From Pomacea canaliculata (lineage: Eukaryota): a stretch of DNA of 64,000 nucleotides. Both the position numbers and the translations under genes were made by a program. The DNA is taken from contig NC_037595.1 in assembly GCF_003073045.1 (NCBI RefSeq), positions 8,636,345 to 8,700,344 on the forward strand, written 5' to 3'. Every line of letters starts with the position of its first letter. The stretch's first letter is position 1. Under the pieces are notes generated by a model. The model made no database searches. It was not told the origin of the DNA and worked only from the letters and a program-made list of their open reading frames with translations. Shown piece by piece: positions 46,501-57,800 of the stretch.

Positions 46501-48360
46501 CAGTCTTATTGTTTTTTCAGTTGTTTTATTTGTTTGTTTATTTATTTGTTTACCGTGTTTGGTATTAAGAAGCAAAGAAAACTAATGGAAAAATATTCCA
46601 TATCATTTGAATATAATATGAATTAGCAGAAGACCTCCAGTAAACGTTAAAATTTCTTCTTATTTGACACAAGAAAAATTTCATTTGTTGATATCTATAA
46701 AATTAAAATGATCTAACAAGCTAATAGTGGATGTAAATAATTTATATGAATACTGGACGTTTCAGAAAAGTCGGTTGGCTTAGAGCCAACTCCTTTCTTT
46801 CGCAAGAGATGGCGACTTTCCAGGTTTGTTTGATGCATCTGAATTGTTGAGTAATAACCTGTGAAATACACTTGCAGAAACTCGCAGCTCAAAGCAAGTT
46901 GTCAGGGTCTCCGAAGCTTTTTCTTTTTTTTTTTGTATTCACAGGTTCTTTTGATTGCATGCTGCTTTTTTTGTTTTGTTTTGATCGACAGATTCTGATT
47001 GCCCTATTTTATTTGTTGTGGTTACCATTCTTCATGGTGTCCAACATTTTTAAGATCTTGTTCTCGATTCTGATTTTTTTTTATTATAACACCGACATTA
47101 ACTTTCAGTTCTGCTTCATCCATGGTTCTTCTTGTGTCCGACATGCCATTATGGGACCATTTTCACTTGGACTTAAAGCGATCCGGGACGACTAAACTGT
47201 CTCCTGTAACTTAGTCTGCATCGATCTGCATTCAGAGCAGACGTCTGTAGTCGGCAGTTTGTCTTTGATGACCTAGCACCCCTCTACAACCTGGAAGTAG
47301 GCGCTGTCCTTGACAGACATGCACCGCTCTCCACCCGCTGTGTCGCTGATTGCCAACCTACCCCATGGCTCATCCCTGAGGTTTGAAAACAATTGCAAAG
47401 AGAGCGCGGCATCGGTTGAAAGCCAGTGGAGAAAGGCGAGCCTCACGGCTCACACATATTTTTTCCTGTGTCACAGGGAGATGACAAAGCGTTGGTGTAG
47501 TTCTTCAAACATTCGATTTAAAAAAAAAGGCAAGCCAGACTAATATTCATCAAGTAGGGATTGATTTCGGATTGTGCGCCAGATGTTAAGCCAAAACTAA
47601 GGTGCCTTCTACCATTCTTCTTGAACAGCCGCCTGATATGTTCTTTAAATACTTTCTGAAAAAGTCGGGGATGGACCCACAGTCTCACAATTCTAGTTTT
47701 GGTGTTTCCTCCTGAGTTTGTCCCTGTCGCCGAGTCCCAGGTCAGGAGATCGTCAGAAATTCTCCAAAGAAATCTTGTTTCTCGACTCGATTACGTCCCG
47801 TCTCCTACACGAGTGCCTTGACTTGACCACTCGAGTTATCACTCAGCTGGAACTATTCTGCTGACTCCTAATCTTCATCATTTTCATTCATACATTTAAT
47901 TTGTGTTTGCCGTAGTGTTTTCCCTTTACAAACGCTGTGTTTCTGTCGGTTTGTTTGTAGTCTTTCGCGTGCAGCGCATGGACCTCGCATCCACACGGGA
48001 GAGTGCGCTTCACAAATTGAACTGTTTTATTATTCGTAGTAGTAATATGCCCAATTTGCACTTTATCTAGACGAGAGCAGTAAGAACAAGTAAGACTTAA
48101 CCTGCAAAATACTACATTTTGAAGCGCAATAACAATTGTATTATACTGCTTACAAAGAGTTAAGGGTCAGAGAATATCTCGCAAAAAATCATCCGCAGGT
48201 GTGACTTTTCATGTTGTACTTTGATTATTTGTTCGATAGTAAAGTGAGAAAAGTAATTTCTTTTCTAAATCATTTCTGTTCCAAGATACAGGCAGTCAAA
48301 AATACTCCCGACCCCCGAATCAGAAAGTCACAGGACCTGTCAGAGCACTTCGGCATAGCA

Positions 48361-48381
48361 AAAAAAAAAAAAAAAAAAAAA
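48361..48381. repeat. A21 homopolymer followed by AT-rich (ATAA)n-like sequence; a possible retroposon tail.
   Basis: aaaaaaaaaaaaaaaaaaaaa ataatgataataaataaataaattaataataaaag. Confidence 0.8.
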
Positions 48382-48595
48382 TAATGATAATAAATAAATA
48401 AATTAATAATAAAAGAAATAAAGGTGACTGCCATTTACTGACATGCATTCAGCACTCTGAAGTGTCATAATTGCTGATCAGACGCATAGTTCTGTAGTTC
48501 TGGCGCTACTGTTTTCTATTTTTGGAAGGGGTATGTATGACTATTTACTGGATTTATTCATTGAGCCATTCGGCACAGAGCATTGAGAGCATTTG

Positions 48596-49072
48596 TTATT
48601 TCATCCCTTCCTTGTCTTTTTTCATATGATTTTCCTGCCTTTCGATGGCATGCCACTCTTTTGAGCTCTTCCCGTTGGATTGGTAAGTCTGCAAGGTCGC
48701 TAGTTTCAATCTGGTTGTTTTTACCGATGTTACGTTTGTCTTCTGCTGGACATTGTTAACTTGCAAAGGTCTTTGCAATATTCAGTCTGTCAGCTTAGTA
48801 CAGCAATTATCTCCGTGAGAAGGCGGCCATTGCTGTCTTCGATGATTAAGGTCTTGTGTTGACGTCTTGATGAGTATCTTTAGTAATTGGTAAGTGTTTT
48901 TGCTGTCACCCCGTGCTATACCCTCCTCTGTGGTAATGATTTGGCCCTCGATGAAGTTATCCTTTACTGCTTTCATCTCTTTCCTGATGACCCAGTTCAT
49001 TTTTCTGTACGCGGAAGCTACTTTGGGTCGCTTTTTTGTGCACTGAAAGGTTTGGTTCACCAGTACAGGCAT
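48596..49072 (-). mobile_element. Possible retroelement-derived ORF fragment (similar to the region upstream of the RT in non-LTR elements). Weak call.
   Basis: Minus-strand ORFs of 96 and 60 aa (…QCTKKRPKVASAYRKMNWVIRKEMKAVKDNFIEGQIITTEEGIARGDSKNTYQLLKIL…) loosely resemble the segment preceding RT in RTE/L1-like ORF2. An A21 tract lies nearby at 48361-48381. Confidence 0.2.
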
Positions 49073-49363
49073 TGCTTTATTTTCCGTGATTTTCGTGCGT
49101 ATTTAAAGCATTAGGGACGCAGTCAACATGTATTAAAACAAGTACAGATCATTAAAGTACTGTGTATAGTCACACTTTCCAGTTTCAGTTCATTTCACAA
49201 TGTTTAGCTATCTATGGATAGTATACATTCTTAGGACTAACACCTGCATGTATTCTGAAGTAACCATTCATTACTAAAAGCTTTTATCTCCACCTCTAGA
49301 AAGTGCTTCAGCACAAAGTTCAGTATCATCAAACATTCAGTGTTTTTTTTTTATCTGATTCAG

Positions 49364-50187
49364 AAGACGTATACGACGATCTAACATCGACCGCAGCCAA
49401 TCAGCCACCACCATCACCACTACCACACAAAGCGAAAAGGTCAAATGCTGACTCACTGCCGAAACGACGACCTTGTTCTAATCAACTCAGGATATCACAG
49501 GAGTTCTCAAGTGAGCAGCTAGACAGACAAGAACCGCCGGCACCACCACAACAACTTAAATCAGGAGACGAGATAAAAGGATTAGCAGAATCACGTTTAG
49601 CAATAAAATTTGCCGCTGGAACGTTGTTACAACAACGAAGATCATTGATACAACGATCATGCAAATCCCAGGTGAGCCCGGATACAACCTACTATCATTC
49701 TGTTAGGCCTCATGCATCCTGCTCGAGAGCAGAGTCAGACCAAGAGAGATCTGAATCCCCGAAGGCTAGAGGCACAAGGTGGGATGTATTTAATGACGAA
49801 GCAATGTTAGAAGAGCAAGGAGCACAGCCAAGTGTCAAACGTCCCCTATCTAAAATGATGGAAAAGTCTCTTCGCCAAACGCAAGACATTGCCGCTGGTG
49901 GTCCGGAGAAATTGGTGAGTGAGGAAGAAGCGGTGTTAGATCTGAGAGAAAAGAAGACAAAGAAGAAGGGTTCCCTTGAACAGGGTATAATCAGTCGCTT
50001 TGAGAGCGAGATCGACTTCCTTCAGCGACAGCTGGAGTTTCAGGTCGGGGGCAAGTCCGGGCTGATGGACTACACTGCCGACGCCAAAGGGCAGGTGCCT
50101 GCCATCCGAGAGGCGGAGAGTAACCGGACCATCGACCAATGGCTGCAGCCGGACGTCTTGAAAACGCTGCTCATGTTGCCAGACAAG
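49364..50187 (+). CDS. Large exon of a gene of unknown function, encoding a Ser/Pro/Gln/Glu-rich, probably disordered region. It starts at an acceptor, so the 5' exon or exons were not located.
   Basis: Acceptor tttttttttatctgattcag|AAGACG at 49364. The ORF track frame (49303..50226) is open through to the donor GACAAG|gtaact at 50187. The content reads ...PPPSPLPHKAKRSNADSLPKRRP...EEQGAQPSVKRPLSKMMEKSLRQTQD...ISRFESEIDFLQRQLEFQVGG...QWLQPDVLKTLLMLPDK. The track's 'M' at 49303 is a GTG. Confidence 0.5.
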
Positions 50188-50603
50188 GTAACTTCTGCCT
50201 TGATGATGACGAGGAGAATGCCTTAATGATGATAACCGACTATCTTTTCTTGATGGTGACGCTGACAATGACAAGGACATTGACCATACCTTGATGAAGA
50301 ATAAAGATTTTTGTAATATTCTTTGGTTGGCCTATCATCAAAGATAAAAAAATGTCTATACATTCTGTTGGATGGCGTGTTATAATGATGCATTTTGCTA
50401 ATGACTGTCTTACCTTATGTGTATGTTATGTGTATCTGTATTGTTAAATACATTACTTTATGTATGTTTTGTGTATCTGTATATTATAGGATAAAAATAA
50501 AGTTTGAAACATTCGGTAGGTGATACTGTTCAAATGCTGTTTAGGTAGGTTGGTGTAAATGAGACCAGATCAAACGAAATAATGAGATTTCTTATTTGTA
50601 CAG

Positions 50604-50703
50604 GAAGGTGAGTGGTCCCTCGACCTACAACTGGGACTCGTCCTCCATGCCGACGTCGAGGCGTGTCGACAGCTTCTTTTCTCTAGTGGCCTTCGCTCCT
50701 TTG
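50604..50703 (+). CDS. Exon 2 of the same gene (100 nt; moves the reading phase from 0 to 1).
   Basis: Acceptor ttatttgtacag|GAAGGT and donor CCTTTG|gtgagt. In continuity with exon 1 (phase 0) it reads EGEWSLDLQLGLVLHADVEACRQLLFSSGLRSF plus 1 nt. This phase is exactly what is needed to enter the long ORF frame of the next exon. Confidence 0.5.
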
Positions 50704-50844
50704 GTGAGTAAACACTACTTACTCATTATGTGGGTATGTTGTGAGTCCCGTTCGCGAAGTCCAGGGACGGGTGGAGGAAGAGGGAGAATTGGAGAAATAA
50801 AGGTCGGGTCTGTAGGAAAGACAACGTTTTGTCACTGTTCGCTG

Positions 50845-50930
50845 TAACATAGGAAGGCCTATGTGGTTAGCGCTCTTAACTGTGGAGCAGAAGGTCGCCA
50901 GTTCAAGACCCACCTGGGTCTGTAGATGGT
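50845..50930 (+). repeat. tRNA-like (possible SINE) segment of uncertain identity, with A- and B-box-like motifs.
   Basis: GGCCTATGTGGTTAGCGCTCTTAACTGTGGAGCAGAAGGTCGCCAGTTCAAGACCCACCTGGGTC. TGGTTAGCGC resembles a pol III A box and GTTCAAGACC a B box, but it does not fold cleanly as a canonical tRNA. A related GGTTAGCGCC...GGCTTCACC segment occurs at 52030-52110. Confidence 0.3.
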
Positions 50931-51423
50931 TTAAAAAATGTCCCACCCTTCCAGCAGCTTTCTTAAAGAAATCAGATTTATCAGGCAAGACATAGGTAGC
51001 GGAAAGAGAGAGCTGGCTCTGTCTTGTACATGCCACGCTCCAGACACAATGGTTCACTTACCTTCACAGTCTCCACGACGACAAGGCTACGCGGATCTGT
51101 ATCTTAAGCAGGGAAGGCTAATAGCAATGGTGGTATACACACGTATATATACGTGTTTACCAGCTTAGTGTGGCTTTGACGCTTTATGGATGATACAGCT
51201 GTGCTCATTTGTTCCTGCTTGCCATTATTACAAAACCTCACGAGGAGGTTCGCATAAAAAGTAAAAACCTCTACCATAGACATTGGAAGTGAGAAGGGGA
51301 ACAGGCGCTGTATGTAACTGATCTGTGATTGCCCATACACGCACAAGCGCGCGCATACACACAGGTACACGCATACACAAGCACACACGTGTGTGTATCA
51401 ATGCATTTTCCCACTTTTGACAG

Positions 51424-51758
51424 GCGAGTCTGCTGCCAGCAGCCTGCAGAAAGTGGTGGCCACTCTACTGGTGCTGATCTCGCTCCTGCAAGTTCTGCTG
51501 CCCGAGCTGTCCCCGCCCGACTTGGTGCAGCTGCTCAAAGCCTCCATCGCCAGGTTCGCCGACAGCGAGCTGCAGTGCAAGGTCAGGTTGGCCTTAGAGG
51601 GCAGAAAACTCGAGCTACCCAACGACCTTATGAACCGCCTCGAAAAGGCGCTGTGCTACTGCAAGGTCATGGACGAACGCCATCCGTTGTCCTGTTCCTC
51701 GCTGGAGCTGGCATCCGATTGGCCAACTCTCTGCGTCAACCTACTCGGCTTAGCCTGA
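51424..51758 (+). CDS. Terminal exon of the same gene: a conserved-looking alpha-helical C-terminal domain with a stop at 51756-51758. Product unidentified.
   Basis: Acceptor ccacttttgacag|GCGAGT. Using the 1 nt carried from exon 2, it reads (G)ESAASSLQKVVATLLVLISLLQVLLPELSPPDLVQLLKASIARFADSELQCKVRLALEGRKLELPNDLMNRLEKALCYCKVMDERHPLSCSSLELASDWPTLCVNLLGLA*. Codon usage here is G/C-ending-rich compared with the flanks. Confidence 0.55.
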
Positions 51759-52025
51759 GGTATTGCACAGCTTCCTCGACAAAGAACGGTTTTTGGACTT
51801 GAGTAGTCTATACAGAACCCGCTTTAAAGTTTCCCGCTTGTTTTGATGACAAGACTTGTAGTTTGTATCCTGCTTTCCGGTGTGTAAAGGTTTTGTAAGA
51901 TTGCTTTTGACAACGCTTTTAATTTTGAATCTTGTAACATGTACCTTGTATGATATTCAGATATATCTGTGATGGGTGTTAAAAAAAGTCTTTTATGTGG
52001 TTTTTTGAATTGCTGTTTCCTTACA

Positions 52026-52110
52026 AGTCGGGCGGTCCGGTGGTCCAACGGTTAGCGCCAATACAGCGAAGGTTGACTGTCCTGGCTTCACCTCTCGTCT
52101 TGGACACGCT
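52026..52110 (+). repeat. Second tRNA-like (possible SINE) segment related to 50845-50930.
   Basis: tcgggcggtccggtggtccaacGGTTAGCGCCaatacagcgaaggttgactgtcctggcttcacctctcg shares the GGTTAGCGC core and a similar downstream layout. Confidence 0.25.
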
Positions 52111-53550
52111 TCTCTTTCTCTTGTGGCATGTGGCATCTGTTTACAGGGCTGCTTGCCTCACTGTGATATAGCCTTAGCTGCCGGCGGTGTAAAACACCAA
52201 TTCATCCACCCCACTTCTTACAAGTTTGTAACAATGAAAAGGAAAGTAGGGAGAATTATTGCATTAAATGTTTTATCACATTGCATGCTTACTAACGATG
52301 CTGCAAATGTAAAAAACAATACAGCCACATATTCATTTCAAGATATTTTAATAGTCGAGAATTTTTTTCCAGACATATTCACTAAATGTAACGCTTTTTT
52401 TCTACAGCCCACGAAACTACTGTGCCATACATTTTTGTTATCTCTTACATCTTTTCCTTTGTTCCCGATTCTTTTTTCTGCGATCACTTCGGAGAGTTTT
52501 GATGCTGTTTCAGCAAGCTTCGTGTACAGTGCACAAATGCGGCAAACATTGTACTTTTCGGGAGGCTGATCCTGCAATGACCGTTTGTTTTCACAAGAGT
52601 TGATGGATGGAACGATGTTTCTGTCATTGAAAGTTGAGCCGCATCACAGGAAATAATGATTTGAGCTCCCATACAAGGGTCATATAACTGTCGACTGCTC
52701 TTTGAAGCACAGCTTTTCATCGAAGGATCCATCCAGTGGAATCCATGCCTACCGTATCTGTGCTGACGACTTTCACCTTCTTGGAACAAGTGGTTACACT
52801 ACAGGGGCTCGCAGTAATTTTTATTTATTTTTTTTTCTTTGAGACCAACGTCCTTGATGATTGTTATATTTTTTGTGTGGCATTTTGAACCTTCCTTTGA
52901 TGGTAGGGAAAGAGCAATGTTGATCAACTTTATATTTTGCCGTGCATTGTATATGAAGGTGCACTTGGTGCCTGCCCTAAAAAGGTGTACTCGCCCGCCT
53001 GTCTGTATGTACAGCGCTCTGATTCCTGCTGATTCTGGAGAAAATCGCTATGTAAATGTGATGATTATTATTTTGAATTTATTTCAACCATCGGTGTATT
53101 TTTATAGAATAAATTAGGCTGTTCGAATTTTAAAATTATGCTCGCTTGATTAGATACAGTATGAAATTTGAGCTACTGCATTTTTCTAGTGTTTCGACAT
53201 CTGACTTCTTGAAACATTACTATTTTTGCATTTAATATCAGGTGTGCATTAATTTACTTGAATCAAAACTATGCAAGTTGTTTAGTTTTTAATTTGAAGA
53301 GCAGATCATGGCAACGACAGTGATGATGATAATAATGATGTAGTCTTGTAACTACAAACATCATCATTAGAAGAGGGAGAAATTTAACTTGCGCATGTCG
53401 CCGAGGGTGAAGTGACCTTTTCCCCTCTCTCCATGCCTTCTATCCTTAGCCGTGCGAGACCAAACAAATATGAACGAACGTTTGGTCAAGTTTGGCAAAG
53501 TAGTTCCATGACGGTTTTATAAAAAGTTGGACAAGTATTCATCCGTATTT

Positions 53551-53800
53551 GTCTTGTTTCTAATCAGCCTTAAGTGCGAAACAACCATAATTGCCAGCAC
53601 GTTCCCACAGGGTCAGCTTCTTAATAACCACCCACTCCCCTGCTTAAATGAATTTTAGCGGCTGCTAACTGTATGAAGGGGTGGGGGTACAGAAGGGGGA
53701 AGAAACTACCGAGGTCTTGTTAGGAAGGTCGAGGAAGACCAGTGCTGCTGGAATTGCATTTTGATAGTGTAAAATTCTTAGGCTTGACTGGCTTAGCGTA
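53551..53800 (+). repeat. Copy 1 of a dispersed repeat of at least 250 bp (unclassified).
   Basis: tgtcttgtttctaatcagccttaagtgcgaaacaac...cttaataaccacccactcccctgc...gctgctaactgtatgaagg...gtgctgctggaattgcattttgatagtgtaaaattcttagg aligns at roughly 75% with 63752-64000 in the same orientation. Confidence 0.55.
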
Positions 53801-54810
53801 GGAAAATGTCGTTTGTAAAGTTTGAATTAAAAACTGATTAATTAATAAAAATAAAGTTTATAACGCCATTGTCTCTGAGCATGCATGTATATGTGTATAT
53901 TACACGTGTGTGTTTGTGTGCGCGCACGCACGTATGAGATGTATTATGACTCATCTGATTCCAATTCGAAGTTGAAAGTTACCAAGAGAAAAATCTGCCA
54001 ATCGAGCCAACTAACAATCCAACCTAGTTATATGTCTGCTTTCAAGCTACTTTTGACTGACTAAATTCTTCTCACAAGGCACAAAATAACTATAGGAGTA
54101 ATGTATGTTCCCCCTTTTAACCCGCTGTTCCCACTGGTTGCTTGGAACAAATATTAACAAGGCGATAGGCAGAACCAAGACATGAAAGAAAAAGTGATGC
54201 GACTCTCTACGAAGGACTGATAAATCTAAATAATAATGAGAGAACTGACAGAGAAAGGCTTTATTGTCTGTAGGAGGTACAGAAGGTTCCGTCTATTACT
54301 GAGAATCATGTCGGTATTGACGTCCCATTATCATAGATAGTATCTAAATATTTATTAGAGTAGACTATCTCGATGGAATCACCATGGAGAGTACTGATGA
54401 CTACATCAGGCTTGTTCATCCTAAAGTCAAAGATTATTTCCTTTATTTTGGGGCGTTCAAGCCAAGGAAGCTGTCATACCATTGACAGGAAGTCAAGTCA
54501 GGAATAGCGCCACTGTGAACATGTTTGTCGTAACCCTATGGGGTCTGGGCACTTGTGATGGGCAGAGCCTCGTAGTAAGGTCTAACGCTAATTACTGACT
54601 CGAGCCCTCAGAGCACAACTCAACTAACAACACAACGCATCACAAGAACAAAATGCCGAGAGCTTACAAAAACAATGAAGGAATAAAAAGGAAATGCAAA
54701 TGAAGTAATTCCCAATCTTGGCTAGTTATCTAGGGTCTCCCATTAATACTAATCATTCTCCTCAATACTAATACAGATACCTATTGAGTCAAATCGCTGG
54801 TCTTACGCTG

Positions 54811-57800
54811 CTAATACTGAATCTCAGCTTTTTCAAGGGCTTCCTCAGCAGTTGCAATGCGAATGTTAAGTTCAGGCATGTAATGATCCCGAATGGTTGT
54901 GTCATTCACCCAGGAGTCACAGCGCATGCCATAGTCGTAGAGGCACTCCCGGTAGTGGTGCAGGAGCGCCCTCTCGGGGCTAAAGGTGCGGGACTCCCAG
55001 GGCTCCAGCAGCTGCTTGCTGACGTGGTGTATTCCCACTTCGAACACACGGCGAGGCATCACCATGACCTTAGTCCTAACCTGGAAAATAGACACAAAAC
55101 AACCTGCTAACACGTCTTGCAGCAAACTGGATTTTTAATACACGGACTAATATGTCTACCAGTGTTCATATTGTCATTCCATTATGCCAGGCTACATTAG
55201 TGAGAATCTGCATGCATTGTCCATTAAACTAACACTACGTAAACTCTTTTGAGTGGAAACAAGAGATGCAAAAGCCTCATGTATCCGATGTGAGACGGAT
55301 AAAAGAAGAAAAAAAAATAATAATCATGATAATAATAAAGTGAACGATTTAAGGAAAATATTACACGTACTTTGCTAATAACCTCTGTCCTTGCTGTCGA
55401 GAAAACGGTCATGACGTTGTCGGGGAGCTGGGTGGCCACCACAGGGTCGAAAAATGCCGACGCAAATCTGTAGCCACACGTGTCGTTTGGCAGTTCTGGC
55501 GGAATGATGTCGGAGTAAGTTCTGAAGCATCCAACATACAAGTCTGACTACATGTGGAAGGACCGAAGAACGACTTTACCTGGAGTCATTGTCGACTATC
55601 CGCTATCCAGCTAGATGCACCAAGCTTAGTCATTAACGTGGGATCGTACTGGTACGATTGTCAAACTGACAAATACTTACAGAAGAGAATGTTGTCACAG
55701 TAAGTAAAATGTGTTCCTTATTACACAAAAACATTGTTAACAATTACGTCAACCTGAAAAGCAGAAAAGAGTATGTTTACAGTATGTTAAATGTGTTATT
55801 TATTGCACAAACGCATATTGTTAATTATGTGAAAGTGAGATGCTCAACAAACACAGAGACTAAAGCAGAAACATGTAATGTCACATACACAAACACATGA
55901 GCAGAAACATGTAATGTCCACAAACATAAACACAATCCCGATATACACACACGCAACCGTGCACTATCGCGCCAACCTGCATGCACTCTAAAGTCGACCT
56001 CGGAATGACCCTGACCTTGCATCCTTGGAGTGAGGCACGATGAACTCATCGATGTCGTGGAAAGCAGTGTAGACGGACTGCGCCATGGTGCGGTACAGAC
56101 AGTCGTTGTTGACCACCAGTTGACCATGGTACCAGATGTTGCTGGACATCTCCTCCGGCAGTCGCCAAGGAATAACCGTAACCCAGCGCTGACGGCGAGA
56201 GGAACACAACGATGCACAATGTTTACTAGAGCTTCATGATGTCTTGCAGTGCTTCGAATCCATTCACATGTCTATATGATGTTTGCATCTAACAAATGGT
56301 TTTCATTTTGTATCTAAGTTTGCTGTTGTTTGCAGAGTTTGTTATTTTGTCATTATCTTACAAAGAATATACTGGCTTTGAACTGGGTTAATAAAGATTC
56401 GAATGCTGTATCTTTTGGTCCGCTTGCTGCAAAAACAATGTTCTTTGTATATTTTACAGAACTTTGTATTTGCTTATACAGCTTGGTTTTTGTTCCGTTC
56501 AAGTCTGAAGGCGCATTTTCTGAGTTAGTGGTTAGTGCTGGATTACTGACGTCGCGGGAGTTACATTAATTATTAGATTATTGTTATTATCTTTAGCTCT
56601 TCACTTTAGTACTAGTCGTAGGGGACACAGCTTGGGTGAACTGATGCCAGCCGGGACGGCCATGCGCGCGCGAGAGAGAAAGTCCCCCAGTGGACAGCAG
56701 GTCCATCCCTTCACGTGTTACGCAGACTTCATGGGTACGTTGTCATTGGCCGAATGAAGATAACATGAACTTACAGGTACACTCGTACACTGTTGGTTAT
56801 TTAACTATTATTGTTATTTTGTCGTGGGGAAAATTTTATCTTTAGTTTGCCCGATAAAGAAATTGGGTCGTTGTTCAGATCTGACAGCCAACAGAGGCTA
56901 CACAAATCTTACACGTGAGTTTGGTCGGCCAGCTAGACTGACCTGGTCTGGACGGTGTACTTAAAGTGGTAAAGAAATAGGAAACATGTTGTGGGTGCAA
57001 GACCTACAAAGATTTTGAAGTATTTTATTTTAAGCTTAAGAGTTTTCAATCTATAACGCACTGCAAAAGTAAGCTTTTTGTAAATGGATTTTATCACTCA
57101 GATATTATAATTGTCGGGATTGATAGCTTTTTTTCAACTTCAGTAACTTTCCTTGCTTGAACGGTGTAAAATACAAATAAACAAACAATAAGTAACTTCC
57201 CTGTTCACAATCAACCAATCAATTATAGGAGAGAGACTTACTTTGCCCTCGTAATGCCTGAGCACCCGTTGCACTATCTCTGAGGTAGAGAAGTCGTAGA
57301 AGAAGATCTGCTGAACACCCAGTAGCCGTGTGAGTTCCAGAAACTCCACAAGTCGCTTGGGGCTCACGGAGCCAAAGAGTGGGGAGACACAGATGCTAAA
57401 GTTGTAGGCGAACTTGTCTGTGCTGACCTGGTCGGACACCAACGGGTACAAGCCATGATGAGTAACCTTTTGACGGAGAGGTTATCGACTACGCCCCCCC
57501 CCCTTTTTACTGCCGCAGAAAAACGCATTAGATTGGATCGCTAAATAAAAGAATCAATCGTTTCAAGATGATAAGAGAAAGCTCTTCTTCTTCACAGGAC
57601 ACTTGAATGTTTGTTTTTCTGTTTATTCATGTCTCCTCCACACACACACACTCGCAGAACAAGGTGTAAATCCCAGAAAACACTTTGTAAACGTTTATAA
57701 AAGGTTTAAGTGCTATCAGTGGTTCTAAGCAAACCCAAAGTGAGAGACATAGCTACGTCACAGACCTTTTGACCGGAAGTGACTGGTGGCGACACACGCT

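Noticed and set aside
50845-50930. Possibility that the tRNA-like segment is a functional tRNA gene.
   Set aside because: The acceptor, D and anticodon stems do not pair cleanly by eye, and there is no canonical T-loop GTTCGAATC. A related degenerate copy at 52.03 kb points to a SINE or tRNA pseudogene family. It needs tRNAscan-SE to settle.
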